A DNA stretch of 64,000 nt, taken from IMG/VR virus record IMGVR_UViG_3300032093_000049, positions 36,017 through 100,016 of that record, one strand, 5' to 3'. The DNA comes from a virus. The notes under the pieces are model-generated. The model did not search any database. It worked only from the letters and a program-made list of their open reading frames with translations, and had not been told where the DNA came from. Shown one piece after another: positions 54,610-64,000 of the stretch; position 1 is the first letter of the stretch; every line of letters starts with the position of its first letter. The translations under genes and the position numbers were made by a program.

Positions 54610-55359
54610 ATGGGAATAGTATTGCCAACAACAAAGCAAGCTCCTACTCATAAGAGCCCTAAGAATCTAATTATCTTTTCTAAGCCTAAAATAGGTAAGA
54701 CAAGTTTGTTGAGCACTCTTGACAACTGTCTAATCTTAGACTTAGAAGGAGGTACTAAGTATCTTAACTCTATGAAGGTAGAGGCCAGTAGCTTTGAAGA
54801 AATCAGAGAAATTGGAAAAGCTATCAAAGAAGCAGGCAATCCATACAAGTACATTGCAGTAGATACAATCACTGCATTGGAAGAGATGGTAGTACCTTAT
54901 GCTGAAGTGCTTTATTCTAAGAGTCCAATGGGTAAGAACTGGTTTAATCCAGGTGGTGGTAAAGAAAAGTATGGAACTATTCTTGGCCTACCTGAAGGTG
55001 CTGGTTATTATTGGACAAGACAAGCCTTCACTAAGGTGATTGATTACATTCTAACTTGGGCTCCTTATGTGATCTTTGTTGGTCACGTAAAAGACACTCA
55101 GTTAGAAAAGGCAGGTGGTACATTTAATGCACTTGACCTAGATCTGACAGGTAAGTTAAAGAGAATAACAACTTCTAACTCTGATGCTATTGGTTACTTG
55201 TATAGAAAGGGAGATAAGAATATCCTTAGTTTCAAGACTAATGATGATATCTCTTGTGGTGCAAGACCAGAGCATTTGAGAAATCAAGAAATTGTGGTTT
55301 CTGAAATTGATGAGACCGGTGAGTATAAGACTTACTGGGACAAAGTATTCGTAGATTAA
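54610..55359 (+). CDS. Sak4-like (AAA_24) ATPase/recombinase (249 aa)
   Basis: SKPKIGKT, LDLEGG, AVDT, VGH, DAIGY. Confidence 0.8.
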   Translation: MGIVLPTTKQAPTHKSPKNLIIFSKPKIGKTSLLSTLDNCLILDLEGGTKYLNSMKVEASSFEEIREIGKAIKEAGNPYKYIAVDTITALEEMVVPYAEVLYSKSPMGKNWFNPGGGKEKYGTILGLPEGAGYYWTRQAFTKVIDYILTWAPYVIFVGHVKDTQLEKAGGTFNALDLDLTGKLKRITTSNSDAIGYLYRKGDKNILSFKTNDDISCGARPEHLRNQEIVVSEIDETGEYKTYWDKVFVD

Positions 55360-55377
55360 TAATTAAAAACAAACAAG

Positions 55378-56055
55378 ATGGCTTTAAGCACAACAGACCT
55401 AGTAAAGGAAGGTGGCGGTGGACTACCTAAGACAATTGCACCAGGAAATCATACACTAAAGATTAATAGTGTAGCACTTGAGGAATTCAAATTCATTGCA
55501 AATGCATATCATGTGATGATTAATGTAGAAACTGAACCTATTGATGGTTTTGAAGGTTTCATGATTGACAAAGATGATGAAAGCAAGGGTCACTATGCAG
55601 GTCAAATAGGTAGGGTGAAAGCATCTCAGTATGCATATGCTGACGGTGAAACTAAATCCGGTATTAAGATTCAAAGAGATAGGTCTATCCTAATCTTCTT
55701 ACAGAACTTGTGTAAGTCTTTGGATATTAATGACTGGTTCTTGAGCCAAGATAACAAGCATGACTCTATTGAAGAGTTTGTTGCAGCGTTTAATAGTACT
55801 GCACCATTTAAGGATAAGTATCTGGAGATGTGTGTAGCAGGTAAAGAGTATGAAGGCAAAGGTGGCTACACAAATTACGATATGTGGTTACCAAAAGGGT
55901 CCAAAGATGGATATGCCTTTGCTCCTAAAGGTGGTAAAGTTCTTCAATATGATGAGACTGAACACCTTAAGAAAATGGAAGTACGTCCTGTAGAATCATT
56001 TGGTGATGATATGGATGTACCACCTAGAGTTGCCTCTGACTTCTCTCTTGACTAA
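55378..56055 (+). CDS. Putative single-stranded DNA-binding protein (225 aa)
   Basis: Follows Sak4-like gene; IAPGNHTLKI N-terminus; acidic tail. Confidence 0.55.
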   Translation: MALSTTDLVKEGGGGLPKTIAPGNHTLKINSVALEEFKFIANAYHVMINVETEPIDGFEGFMIDKDDESKGHYAGQIGRVKASQYAYADGETKSGIKIQRDRSILIFLQNLCKSLDINDWFLSQDNKHDSIEEFVAAFNSTAPFKDKYLEMCVAGKEYEGKGGYTNYDMWLPKGSKDGYAFAPKGGKVLQYDETEHLKKMEVRPVESFGDDMDVPPRVASDFSLD

Positions 56056-56060
56056 TAGTT

Positions 56061-56089
56061 GAGGGGGAGTTAGAAATAGCTCCCCCTTT
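56061..56089 (+). terminator. Intrinsic terminator
   Basis: agggggagtta/tagctccccct plus T residues. Confidence 0.7.
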
Positions 56090-56107
56090 ATTATTAAACT
56101 TGCTGTT

Positions 56108-57088
56108 ATGATTTCTACAAAAAATATTATTGGGAGTATTAATGATGTCCCAGCAGAATGGGTATTTGAATATTATCTTTCATTAAGTGAGAAACTGACA
56201 GGTCAAGATGTAAAGATTCACTCTGTATTTAAGACAGAGAAAACACCATCAATGTTTGTTTACTTTAAAGCCGAAAATAATGAGTATAAGTTCAAAGACT
56301 TCTCATCAGGCAAACAAGGTAACAAGGTAACACTAGTCAGTGAACTCTTTAATATAACTTATGCTACGGCAATCAACAAGATATGTTCTGATTATGAAAG
56401 GTTTCTGAAGGACAATAACTATTGTTCTGTGAATGAATACAAGATTCAATCAAAGTATAGGGTAAGTGATTATGAAATGAGACACTGGACAAATGTTGAC
56501 GGTAAGTTTTGGATGAAGTTTAAACTTAATTCTGATTTACTTGAGAAATATAATGTCTCCGGGCTTTCATATTTTACAATGCAGAAAGAAGAAGATGGTA
56601 AAGTATCTGAGATAACATTTAGAGGTAATCATATCTATGGTTACTTTAGAAATGATGGTACTCTATACAAGATCTATCTTCCTAACAATCCAAACAAGAA
56701 ATTTATCAAAGTACAAAACTATATCCAGGGTCTGGATCAGTTGACGTATGAGAAAGAGTTCTTGATTATTACATCCTCACTAAAAGATTTAATGGCCTTT
56801 GCTAAACTTGGATACAAAAATGCAGAGTCTGTTGCACCAGACAGTGAGAATACTATGATTCCAGAACAGTATATTAAGTCTTTTAAGAAGAAGTATGGTG
56901 GAGTATGTGTCCTGTTTGATAATGATGAAGCCGGTATTGCTGCTGCTCAAAAGTATCAGGAGAGATATGGACTTAGCTATATAGTGCTGGATATGTCCAA
57001 GGACTTATCTGACTCTGTAAAAGATTTTGGTATACAAAAGGTAAAAGAAAAACTACATGGATTATTAACTAATGCACTTAAGAAATGA
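56108..57088 (+). CDS. DNA primase (Toprim), crAss-like type (326 aa)
   Basis: EKTPSM, FKDFSSG, ITSSLKD, FDNDEAG, KDLSD. Confidence 0.85.
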   Translation: MISTKNIIGSINDVPAEWVFEYYLSLSEKLTGQDVKIHSVFKTEKTPSMFVYFKAENNEYKFKDFSSGKQGNKVTLVSELFNITYATAINKICSDYERFLKDNNYCSVNEYKIQSKYRVSDYEMRHWTNVDGKFWMKFKLNSDLLEKYNVSGLSYFTMQKEEDGKVSEITFRGNHIYGYFRNDGTLYKIYLPNNPNKKFIKVQNYIQGLDQLTYEKEFLIITSSLKDLMAFAKLGYKNAESVAPDSENTMIPEQYIKSFKKKYGGVCVLFDNDEAGIAAAQKYQERYGLSYIVLDMSKDLSDSVKDFGIQKVKEKLHGLLTNALKK

Positions 57089-57510
57089 GTTGGATATTTG
57101 AAGGTAAAGAGTTTACAATACAGGATATTCCTGAAGGAGCAGTAGGGTTTATTTATATTATGACAGCCATAATAGATAAGAAATCTGTTGCTTACATAGG
57201 AAAGAAAAACTTCTTTGCTAATATCAAGAAGCCGTTGGGTAAAAAAGCTCTGGCTATGGTTACTGATAAGAGACTCAAGAAGTATAGGCATGAATTAAAG
57301 CCTGACTTTATAAATTACTATAGCAGTAACAAGACTCTTAAAGAATTTGCAAAGTCTGGAGGAGTAGTTAAAAGAGAGATTCTCCGTATATGTAACTCAA
57401 AAACTGAGCTAACATATCAAGAGACTAAGTATCAATTTATGTATGAGGTTCTTGAGAAGGATGAATACTTGAATAGTAACATCTTAGGTAGGTTTTACAA
57501 AACAAAGTAA
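57085..57510 (+). CDS. GIY-YIG-like endonuclease (141 aa)
   Basis: GFIYIM...YIGKK, YYSS, REIL, E..YQ, YLNSNI. Confidence 0.75.
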   Translation: MSWIFEGKEFTIQDIPEGAVGFIYIMTAIIDKKSVAYIGKKNFFANIKKPLGKKALAMVTDKRLKKYRHELKPDFINYYSSNKTLKEFAKSGGVVKREILRICNSKTELTYQETKYQFMYEVLEKDEYLNSNILGRFYKTK

Positions 57511-57512
57511 TT

Positions 57513-57920
57513 ATGACAGAAATAGAAGTAACAGGCCTCTTAGTTGAGTTGGCCAATAAGGGTATTGGTGGAATATTTATATCATATGATGGCGGAGGAG
57601 ACTCTGGGCAAATAGAACAAATTACATATACAGAAAAAATGATTGATGATCTTGATACATTAGAAGAGATGTACGATCATGGTATTGATTACAATAATGA
57701 TTTACAAAAACTTGATTCATCTTTATATGCACAGTTAGAGAATTATGCATATAGAACTTTGTTAGATAATATAGAAGACTGGTGGAATGAAGAAGGTGGT
57801 TTTGGTTATGTAGTAATACATATTCCCTCTGGTGACTATAGAATAAACAATAGTATACGAGTAAATAATGTTATTGATCATATTCATGAAGGTAAACTAA
57901 CAGAAAAAACTAATGGATGA
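57513..57920 (+). CDS. DUF6878-like protein (135 aa)
   Basis: YDGGGDSGQIE and DWWNEEGGFG. Confidence 0.65.
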   Translation: MTEIEVTGLLVELANKGIGGIFISYDGGGDSGQIEQITYTEKMIDDLDTLEEMYDHGIDYNNDLQKLDSSLYAQLENYAYRTLLDNIEDWWNEEGGFGYVVIHIPSGDYRINNSIRVNNVIDHIHEGKLTEKTNG

Positions 57921-58077
57921 TTTTAGATTTTGGTTAGAGAATTTGGATACTCAAACTCTGACAGATGAATTAAAGCAAGAGATAATTGAATATGCTGAAG
58001 ACTTAATAGAGGATGCACATGCTGAAGGTTATCAACAGGCAAAAGAAGACGCACTTGAAAAAATAAGTTCTTTATAA
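57913..58077 (+). CDS. 54-aa acidic protein (not in ORF track)
   Basis: MDDFRFWLENLDTQTLTDELKQEII...; overlap-coupled at both ends. Confidence 0.65.
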   Translation: MDDFRFWLENLDTQTLTDELKQEIIEYAEDLIEDAHAEGYQQAKEDALEKISSL

Positions 58078-58418
58078 TGGCACATCCGTATGAACATGCT
58101 AAATCTAGTGCCCGGAAATGGGGTGGAGAACCTGAAGAGTATTTAAAGTATCATGAATGGTTTGATGCTACTAAAGCTTGGTTAGGAAATAGCATGCATA
58201 GAATGTTTAGGCATCACAGTGAAGGTATATTTGAATTGGAAAGACTTTTTGGAGTTAGCTTTATTAACTCTATAGGTAAAACAGTATATACCAGATACAT
58301 AGGTGAACAACATGTAAAGGAGGATTGCTTTGGATATATTCCTAGTGCAAAAGAATGGATTGATAACATTAACAGTCCAAAGGAGTGGATGATTAGAACA
58401 ATTAAAATTGAAGACTGA
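58077..58418 (+). CDS. DUF6915-like His-rich protein (113 aa)
   Basis: HPYEHAKSSARKWGG, HEWFD, HRMFRHH, EQHVKED. Confidence 0.7.
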   Translation: MAHPYEHAKSSARKWGGEPEEYLKYHEWFDATKAWLGNSMHRMFRHHSEGIFELERLFGVSFINSIGKTVYTRYIGEQHVKEDCFGYIPSAKEWIDNINSPKEWMIRTIKIED

Positions 58419-58813
58419 TGAAAATAAGCAAAGAAGAAGCTGAGAATGTAATGACTATGTTGCTGTCTACAGATCAGGAGAATGCAACAATAGGTTTTGC
58501 TGCAATTGAGGCTTTTAAATTTAGTAGTGACAATGTTGGATATCTGATTTACTTCTATAAGTTTTCTAAGTATACTATTGACCAGTGGAAGACAAATGCT
58601 CCCAAGGCAACTGCTGTACTTAAGAAGCATATAAATATTGAGAGACCCTTAACTTATGCAAGAGCAATTCAAATTATGATAGATTTGAAAACTAGTAAGG
58701 ATGCAATTGAGCTAACTCTAAACAGACATGTTGGAGAACTTACAAGAATGCTTGAGAGTATGGGTTACCCTACAGACAAAATGGTTATTGATATTAAACT
58801 CAAAGAACAATGA
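58418..58813 (+). CDS. Hypothetical protein with ML-x-S-x-D helical motif (131 aa)
   Basis: MLLSTDQENATIG. Confidence 0.6.
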   Translation: MKISKEEAENVMTMLLSTDQENATIGFAAIEAFKFSSDNVGYLIYFYKFSKYTIDQWKTNAPKATAVLKKHINIERPLTYARAIQIMIDLKTSKDAIELTLNRHVGELTRMLESMGYPTDKMVIDIKLKEQ

Positions 58814-60039
58814 GTAAAGCAGCAACACTTGCAAAGGCAAGTAAAGACTTGATGTGGAAAGAGCCATTCTATGGGTTCTTTCTTATTATGCTAAATAAGG
58901 TGTGGGATAAAAGAGTTCCCACAGCCGGTGTTAGTAAGAATGGTATCAACTATCAGCTTACTATTAATGAAGACTTTTGGACAGATCTTTCTGATAATCA
59001 CAGACTGGGTCTTCTGAAACATGAGTTATTGCATATTGCATATTTTCATTTGAGTAAATTCTTTGAGTTTCAGGATAAGAGAATGGCAAACATTGCAATG
59101 GATATGGAGATCAATCAATATATTGATGACGAGTTTCTTCCTGAAGGTGGTATTAATATAGATGATTATCCTGATTTGAATTTACAGAGAAAAGCAGGTA
59201 CTAGGTATTATTATGATGAGCTGAAGAAAGCTCAACAGCAAAAGCAACAGAACGGTAGCTCAGGTGACTCTAACTTTGATAAGTTATGTGATGCTATGGA
59301 AGCTGGTGCAATTACTGTTGTAATATCTGGAGGGCCTATGGGTGATAAGGAAGTAAACATGCCTAATCATGGTACTTGGGAGGAGTTTGAAAACTTACCA
59401 GAAGCAGAGCAAAAGCTTATTGAAAAGCAGTTAGCTACTCTACTTAATGAAGTTGCAGAACAAACTGCTAAGAAAAGGGGTAATGTACCTGGTCATATTG
59501 AAGACTTTCTAATTAAAGCAAATCAAATAATTCCACCTAAGTTTGACTGGCGTGGATATATTAGAAGGTTTACTGGAAATAGCACAAAGGTGTTTACTAA
59601 GAAGATACGCAGAAAGGAGAACAGGAGATATTCTGATAATCCAGGTCTTAAGATTAAGATGAAACAGCATATGCTTCTTGGTATAGATACTTCTGGGTCA
59701 GTGAGTAATGATGAACTTCAAGAGTTTATGAATGAGATGCAACACATCCATAAGACCGGAGTTGATATTACTATTATCCAATGTGATACTGTTATTAGAT
59801 CTATAGAACCATACAATGGTAAAGATGAGATAAAAGTACATGGTCGTGGTGGTACTGAGTTTGACCCAGTATTAGAGTATTATAATGCAAATCTTAGAAA
59901 GTATACAAGCCTTATTTATTTTACTGATGGTGAATGTGGTGCTAGTGTAAAACCAAAGAATCCAGTGTTATGGGTTCTGTCTGAAAGATCAAGTATGAAT
60001 AATAGCCTTCCTGGCAAAGTAATTAAGTTAGAACTTTAA
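58810..60039 (+). CDS. Metallopeptidase-vWA protein (DUF2201-like, 409 aa)
   Basis: HELLH, NIAMD.EIN, MIDAS DTSGS, GRGGT, FTDG. Confidence 0.85.
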   Translation: MSKAATLAKASKDLMWKEPFYGFFLIMLNKVWDKRVPTAGVSKNGINYQLTINEDFWTDLSDNHRLGLLKHELLHIAYFHLSKFFEFQDKRMANIAMDMEINQYIDDEFLPEGGINIDDYPDLNLQRKAGTRYYYDELKKAQQQKQQNGSSGDSNFDKLCDAMEAGAITVVISGGPMGDKEVNMPNHGTWEEFENLPEAEQKLIEKQLATLLNEVAEQTAKKRGNVPGHIEDFLIKANQIIPPKFDWRGYIRRFTGNSTKVFTKKIRRKENRRYSDNPGLKIKMKQHMLLGIDTSGSVSNDELQEFMNEMQHIHKTGVDITIIQCDTVIRSIEPYNGKDEIKVHGRGGTEFDPVLEYYNANLRKYTSLIYFTDGECGASVKPKNPVLWVLSERSSMNNSLPGKVIKLEL

Positions 60040-60050
60040 AAACAAACAAA

Positions 60051-61226
60051 ATGGCTCAAGTAAAATTAAACATTGATGAACTGAAAAATTTTATAAATCA
60101 CATGGTTGTTAACAACCAGTTTATTCAAGCTCAGGGTAAAGTTCCTGTAGCTGTTAATATTGAGGGTGAGGCAGGTCTTGGTAAGACTTCTTCTATCCTG
60201 CAACTTGCAAAAGAGCTTGACATGGCTGTAATTAAACTTAATCTAAGTCAGATTGAGGAGTTAGGTGATTTGGTTGGTTTTCCGTTCAAAGAGTTTGAGG
60301 TTGAGAACAAAGATGGAGCTAAGAAATGGATACAAGAGAGTTTGCTTGATACTTATATCAAAGGTGGATTTAGACCTACAAGTCAAAGCAGAATGTCTCA
60401 TGCTTCTCCTGAGTGGATTCAGGGACAGGGTGAAGGTGGCTTCTTGATTCTTGATGACTATACTCGTGCAGATCATAGATTTATGCAAGCTACTATGGAA
60501 TTAATTGACAGACAAGAGTATATCTCTTGGAAGTTACCAAAGAACTGGCATATTGTTCTGACTACCAATCCAGACAATGGTGACTATAATGTTACTAGTC
60601 TTGACGTAGCTCAGAAGACCAGATTTATTTCTGTTGAGGTAGACTTTGATGTAAACGTATGGGCTAAGTGGGCAGAATCTGCAGGCATAGATGGTAGATG
60701 TATCAACTTTATGTTGATGAATCCAGAGGTTATTGGTAAGTCTGTTAACCCAAGATCAATTACTACTTTCTTTAACTCAATTAGTTCTATTCAAAAGTTT
60801 GAAGAAAGCTTGCCGTTGATTCAAATGATTGGTGAGGGTTCTGTTGGTGATGAGGTAGCTAGTCTATTCACTATGTTTATTAATAACAAGTTGGATAAGA
60901 TTATACCACCACAGGAGATCATGAATAATCCTAATGAGCAGTATGTAATTGGTGCTTTGACAAGTGCAGTTGGTAAGGGAGATGACTTCCGGGCAGATTT
61001 GTCTAGTGTGATTACTACTCGTGTTATCAACTATTGTCTACATCATGCAGAAAACAATAGTGTGCCAGATGCAATGATTAAGAGATTGGTAAAACTGACT
61101 ACAGACTGTGACTCATTTACTGATGACCTTAGATATTATATGGTCAAAGAGATAGTCAATGGTAACAAAGTTAAGTTTAGTAAGCTCATGATGGACAACG
61201 CGGTAGTCAAGATGGCAGTCAGGTAA
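60051..61226 (+). CDS. MoxR-like AAA+ ATPase (391 aa)
   Basis: GEAGLGKT, LILDD, TTNP, AQKTRF, NPRS. Confidence 0.85.
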   Translation: MAQVKLNIDELKNFINHMVVNNQFIQAQGKVPVAVNIEGEAGLGKTSSILQLAKELDMAVIKLNLSQIEELGDLVGFPFKEFEVENKDGAKKWIQESLLDTYIKGGFRPTSQSRMSHASPEWIQGQGEGGFLILDDYTRADHRFMQATMELIDRQEYISWKLPKNWHIVLTTNPDNGDYNVTSLDVAQKTRFISVEVDFDVNVWAKWAESAGIDGRCINFMLMNPEVIGKSVNPRSITTFFNSISSIQKFEESLPLIQMIGEGSVGDEVASLFTMFINNKLDKIIPPQEIMNNPNEQYVIGALTSAVGKGDDFRADLSSVITTRVINYCLHHAENNSVPDAMIKRLVKLTTDCDSFTDDLRYYMVKEIVNGNKVKFSKLMMDNAVVKMAVR

Positions 61227-61284
61227 ATCAGGATTACATCAGTTCCCCCCTTAACGGAACACCTACCTATATTTAAACAATAAT

Positions 61285-61308
61285 AGGGCAGTGATATAGC
61301 TGCCCTTA
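61285..61308 (+). terminator. Intrinsic terminator
   Basis: agggcagt/gctgccct stem, T-rich downstream. Confidence 0.55.
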
Positions 61309-61320
61309 ATTTCCTTTATT

Positions 61321-62379
61321 ATGAAAAGATATCTTCATATAAATTTTAATAATTACAGTCCGCTGGAAATTAAAGACTTATCCTTTGTATTAGGATATAT
61401 GGATGATCACAATGAAAAAGATTTGTCTGAATTTATTACTGTACACAAAGATATTAGTATTGGACAGAATGAGAAGTTTTATTTTCTGCCTGGAGTAACT
61501 ATTCCAAGAATAAAACTAAAAGATCTCTATGCTAGTACTAAATCTAAAACAGTACGTGACATATCTGATGCAACTAAGATTATTACAGGCATCAAAACTA
61601 TAAATGCACTGTCTGATAGAAGATGGTATCATTATGCTAAAACTGAAATAGTAAAAGATCTGATTGAACAAAGAAGTGTAGATATAGGAGAGTCTAGATA
61701 CAAGGAGATTATGGAAATTCTAAATAACTATAAAGAAGATATAGTTATTGGTGGTTCTGATCTTCATAACATACTAAAGCATTATCATTATGATACTGAA
61801 AATTATTCTAGATATTCTGTAGGCTTTACTTATATAAATAAAGACTATGAAGACTTGTATGAGCATATTGCAAAAAATGATATTTATGATGAGGCATCTT
61901 TAATCAGTATTGTAAACGGAGAAGACTCTACTACTATTGATGAAGCAATGTACCAGACTCTTACTGAAATGTTTACAAGTTCAGATAAAGATAACTGGAC
62001 TCTTGCAATGGAGATCATGGCTAACTGTAACTATAATGAGAGTTTACTGTATCTATCTTTTCTATTTGAGAAATATTCTAATAGAATATCAGATCAGAAA
62101 ACAAGAAATCATGTAAACTTTAAGTCTTTGTGTTCTTATATGGGATTCACTAGTACTACATATTGTAGTATGAGGATAGATGATGTAATTCAAATTCAGT
62201 TAGATAAGGATGTTTTTACTAAAGAAGCAGGTCGCAGAATTCTTGAACAGTACAAATCAGACATTGAGTATGGAGGAAACACAAAATTCCTTAAGGTTGC
62301 TAAGATCACCTTTGATGAGTCAGTAATGGAATATTTAAAACAAAAGGAGGCAAAAAATGAGCCTGAGCATATTGAATGA
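61321..62379 (+). CDS. Hypothetical protein, possible BRCT-like N-terminal domain (352 aa)
   Basis: FYFLPG..IPR.KLK...KTVRDISDATKII; MFTSSDKDNWTLA motif. Confidence 0.55.
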   Translation: MKRYLHINFNNYSPLEIKDLSFVLGYMDDHNEKDLSEFITVHKDISIGQNEKFYFLPGVTIPRIKLKDLYASTKSKTVRDISDATKIITGIKTINALSDRRWYHYAKTEIVKDLIEQRSVDIGESRYKEIMEILNNYKEDIVIGGSDLHNILKHYHYDTENYSRYSVGFTYINKDYEDLYEHIAKNDIYDEASLISIVNGEDSTTIDEAMYQTLTEMFTSSDKDNWTLAMEIMANCNYNESLLYLSFLFEKYSNRISDQKTRNHVNFKSLCSYMGFTSTTYCSMRIDDVIQIQLDKDVFTKEAGRRILEQYKSDIEYGGNTKFLKVAKITFDESVMEYLKQKEAKNEPEHIE

Positions 62380-63370
62380 GGAATTAGAAAGATTCTATTC
62401 TGAGAAATTTTATTTCAGTTATAGTAGCATAAACAAGCTTATGTATTCACCACAAGCTTTTTATAGTCACTATATACTGAAACAGAAAGAAGATAAGACA
62501 GATGCCCACCTGATTGCGGGTAGGGCACTGCACTGTCTTCTGTTTGAACCAAATAAGTTTGATGATTACTTTGTAATGTTACCGGGTAAGATTCCAACAG
62601 AAAGTAACAAGGTGATTATTGATCATATTTTTAATAATCATTATGTTCCAATGAATAATAATTCATTATCTTTGGAAGACTTCCCGCAAGAGATACTCAA
62701 TCAGCTACTCACAAATAATCTTTATCAATCACTCAAGACTGATGCTCAAAGAGTAGAGAAGATTCTCACTGACAACAACAAAGAATATTTTGATTTCTTA
62801 AAGATCAGAGATACTAAAACTGTAATTGACCCTGCAGTAAAACAACAGGCAGAAACATCAGTTGAGGTTCTCAGAAACAATGACAAGGTTAAAGCTTTAC
62901 TTCAATTGGATCATGATAACTCTCAGAATGTCACAGTGTTCAAGGAGTTACCATTGATGTCTGATTCTGACAAATATGATTTTGGTTACAAGGGTATCCT
63001 TGACAATGTTGTTGTAGATGAAAACATCAAAACTTTATTTATTAATGACTTAAAGACAACTAACAAAGCAATTCAGGATTTCCCAAACTCAGTTGATTAT
63101 TATCGTTATGATATTCAAGCAGTGATCTATTCAATTTTAGCTTATAATGAATTCATAAAAAACAAAACAGACTCTGAAGAATGGAAGATTGTAATTACGT
63201 TTATTGTTATTGATAAGTATAACCAAGTCTATCCTTTCCAAGTGTCTGAAGAAACACTGGCTAAGTGGTATGATAATTTCTATGATATTCTTACACAGTT
63301 AGAGTATCATTACAAGAGTAGAGATTACACCTTGCCCTATGAGCTAGCAGTAGGTAATGTAAAACTCTAA
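62357..63370 (+). CDS. PD-(D/E)XK exonuclease, RecE-like (337 aa)
   Basis: SYSSI, GRALH, KGILD, INDLKTT, YRYDIQAVIY. Confidence 0.85.
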   Translation: MSLSILNEELERFYSEKFYFSYSSINKLMYSPQAFYSHYILKQKEDKTDAHLIAGRALHCLLFEPNKFDDYFVMLPGKIPTESNKVIIDHIFNNHYVPMNNNSLSLEDFPQEILNQLLTNNLYQSLKTDAQRVEKILTDNNKEYFDFLKIRDTKTVIDPAVKQQAETSVEVLRNNDKVKALLQLDHDNSQNVTVFKELPLMSDSDKYDFGYKGILDNVVVDENIKTLFINDLKTTNKAIQDFPNSVDYYRYDIQAVIYSILAYNEFIKNKTDSEEWKIVITFIVIDKYNQVYPFQVSEETLAKWYDNFYDILTQLEYHYKSRDYTLPYELAVGNVKL

Positions 63371-63375
63371 ATTTT

Positions 63376-63942
63376 ATGGCAATAGATGCGCTTTATAAAG
63401 ATTATTTTCAAAAGTCCAAGGTGTTCTTATATCCGCTCCTTGGTTTAAAAAGAGGTAGTGCAGCAGCTCCAAAACAGTGTTATCTGAGTTGGAATAATGC
63501 TATCACTCCCGAGGATATGAAATTAATATGTGTTTACACAAAAAGATCTGATTCAGAATACAAGCAGTTTGAAGCAAAGTTTCTAATTAATCATAAGAGA
63601 TTATCTGATTATATAGAATTACAAGACAATGAACTGCTACTAGCATTTGATTTTTCTGACATAGAATCTGATTGGAAGTATTTTATTAATGGTAAATACA
63701 GCAAAATGGACAGTGATTTAAGGCGCAGAATCTTAAACCATTTTGATAAGCATAGCGGAAGCTATCCTTATTTGGAAAGTTTCCTCTTTCCAAATAAGTA
63801 CTTCAGCCTTTATTCAACACTACTAGCTGTTGATGAACAAATTTTAAGAGATGTTGGAGAATTATGTACTCCTCCAGACCTAGAAAAAGAAAACTTAGTC
63901 GCACAAGTATTAGATTTGGAAAACAAAAAAATTCTAGGTTAA
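63376..63942 (+). CDS. Hypothetical protein (188 aa)
   Basis: FLYPLLG and FINGKYSKM. Confidence 0.65.
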   Translation: MAIDALYKDYFQKSKVFLYPLLGLKRGSAAAPKQCYLSWNNAITPEDMKLICVYTKRSDSEYKQFEAKFLINHKRLSDYIELQDNELLLAFDFSDIESDWKYFINGKYSKMDSDLRRRILNHFDKHSGSYPYLESFLFPNKYFSLYSTLLAVDEQILRDVGELCTPPDLEKENLVAQVLDLENKKILG

Positions 63943-64000
63943 TTTGTCAAACAATTAAAAACCAACAAAAATGAATCCAATTGGAGGTAACATGCTTCTT

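Noticed and set aside
1-64000. Stop-codon reassignment as in some crAss-like phages
   Set aside because: Long conserved genes are intact in the standard code, TAG and TGA both terminate genes at sensible positions, and no suppressor tRNA was seen.

Overview
A 64-kb AT-rich segment of a lytic tailed dsDNA phage, most consistent with a crAss-like (Crassvirales-related) phage of a Bacteroidota, probably Flavobacteria-type, host; the taxonomy is inferred from gene order and protein motifs only. The window has two divergent arms that switch strand at a short GC-rich island near 33.0 kb. The minus-strand arm (1-32.9 kb) is the late module: Cys-rich virion proteins, a ferritin, a neck-like protein, seven small very basic proteins, major capsid, scaffold-like protein, portal, large terminase, a PD-(D/E)XK nuclease, an HU-like protein, a lysis cassette (TIGR02594-type endolysin, u-spanin-like lipoprotein, holin) and tail fibres. 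It ends in an accessory block with GroES-like, Acb2/Tad1-like, ATE/Bpt-like aminoacyl-transferase and HExxH genes. The plus-strand arm (33.1-64 kb) begins with early genes interleaved with repeated promoter-like motifs and many structured non-coding elements. It continues with ParB-like, SF2 helicase, ClpS, spore-photoproduct-lyase-like, UNG, DnaB, Sak4-like, SSB-like, primase, GIY-YIG, vWA/peptidase plus AAA ATPase and exonuclease genes. Best candidates for undescribed biology: (1) a family of structured RNAs with a conserved scaffold and variable multi-hairpin cargo at 35.9-36.9 kb, two oversized tRNA-like RNAs and three related pseudoknots; (2) a phage-encoded N-degron writer/reader set (Bpt/ATE-like transferase, adjacent HExxH protein, ClpS); (3) basic cargo proteins sharing a di-Gly motif; (4) a cassette-like array of mini-genes joined by an 18-19 bp junction repeat. 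No DNA or RNA polymerase, integrase, reverse transcriptase or CRISPR array was recognised. All assignments were made by eye, without database searches or folding software.
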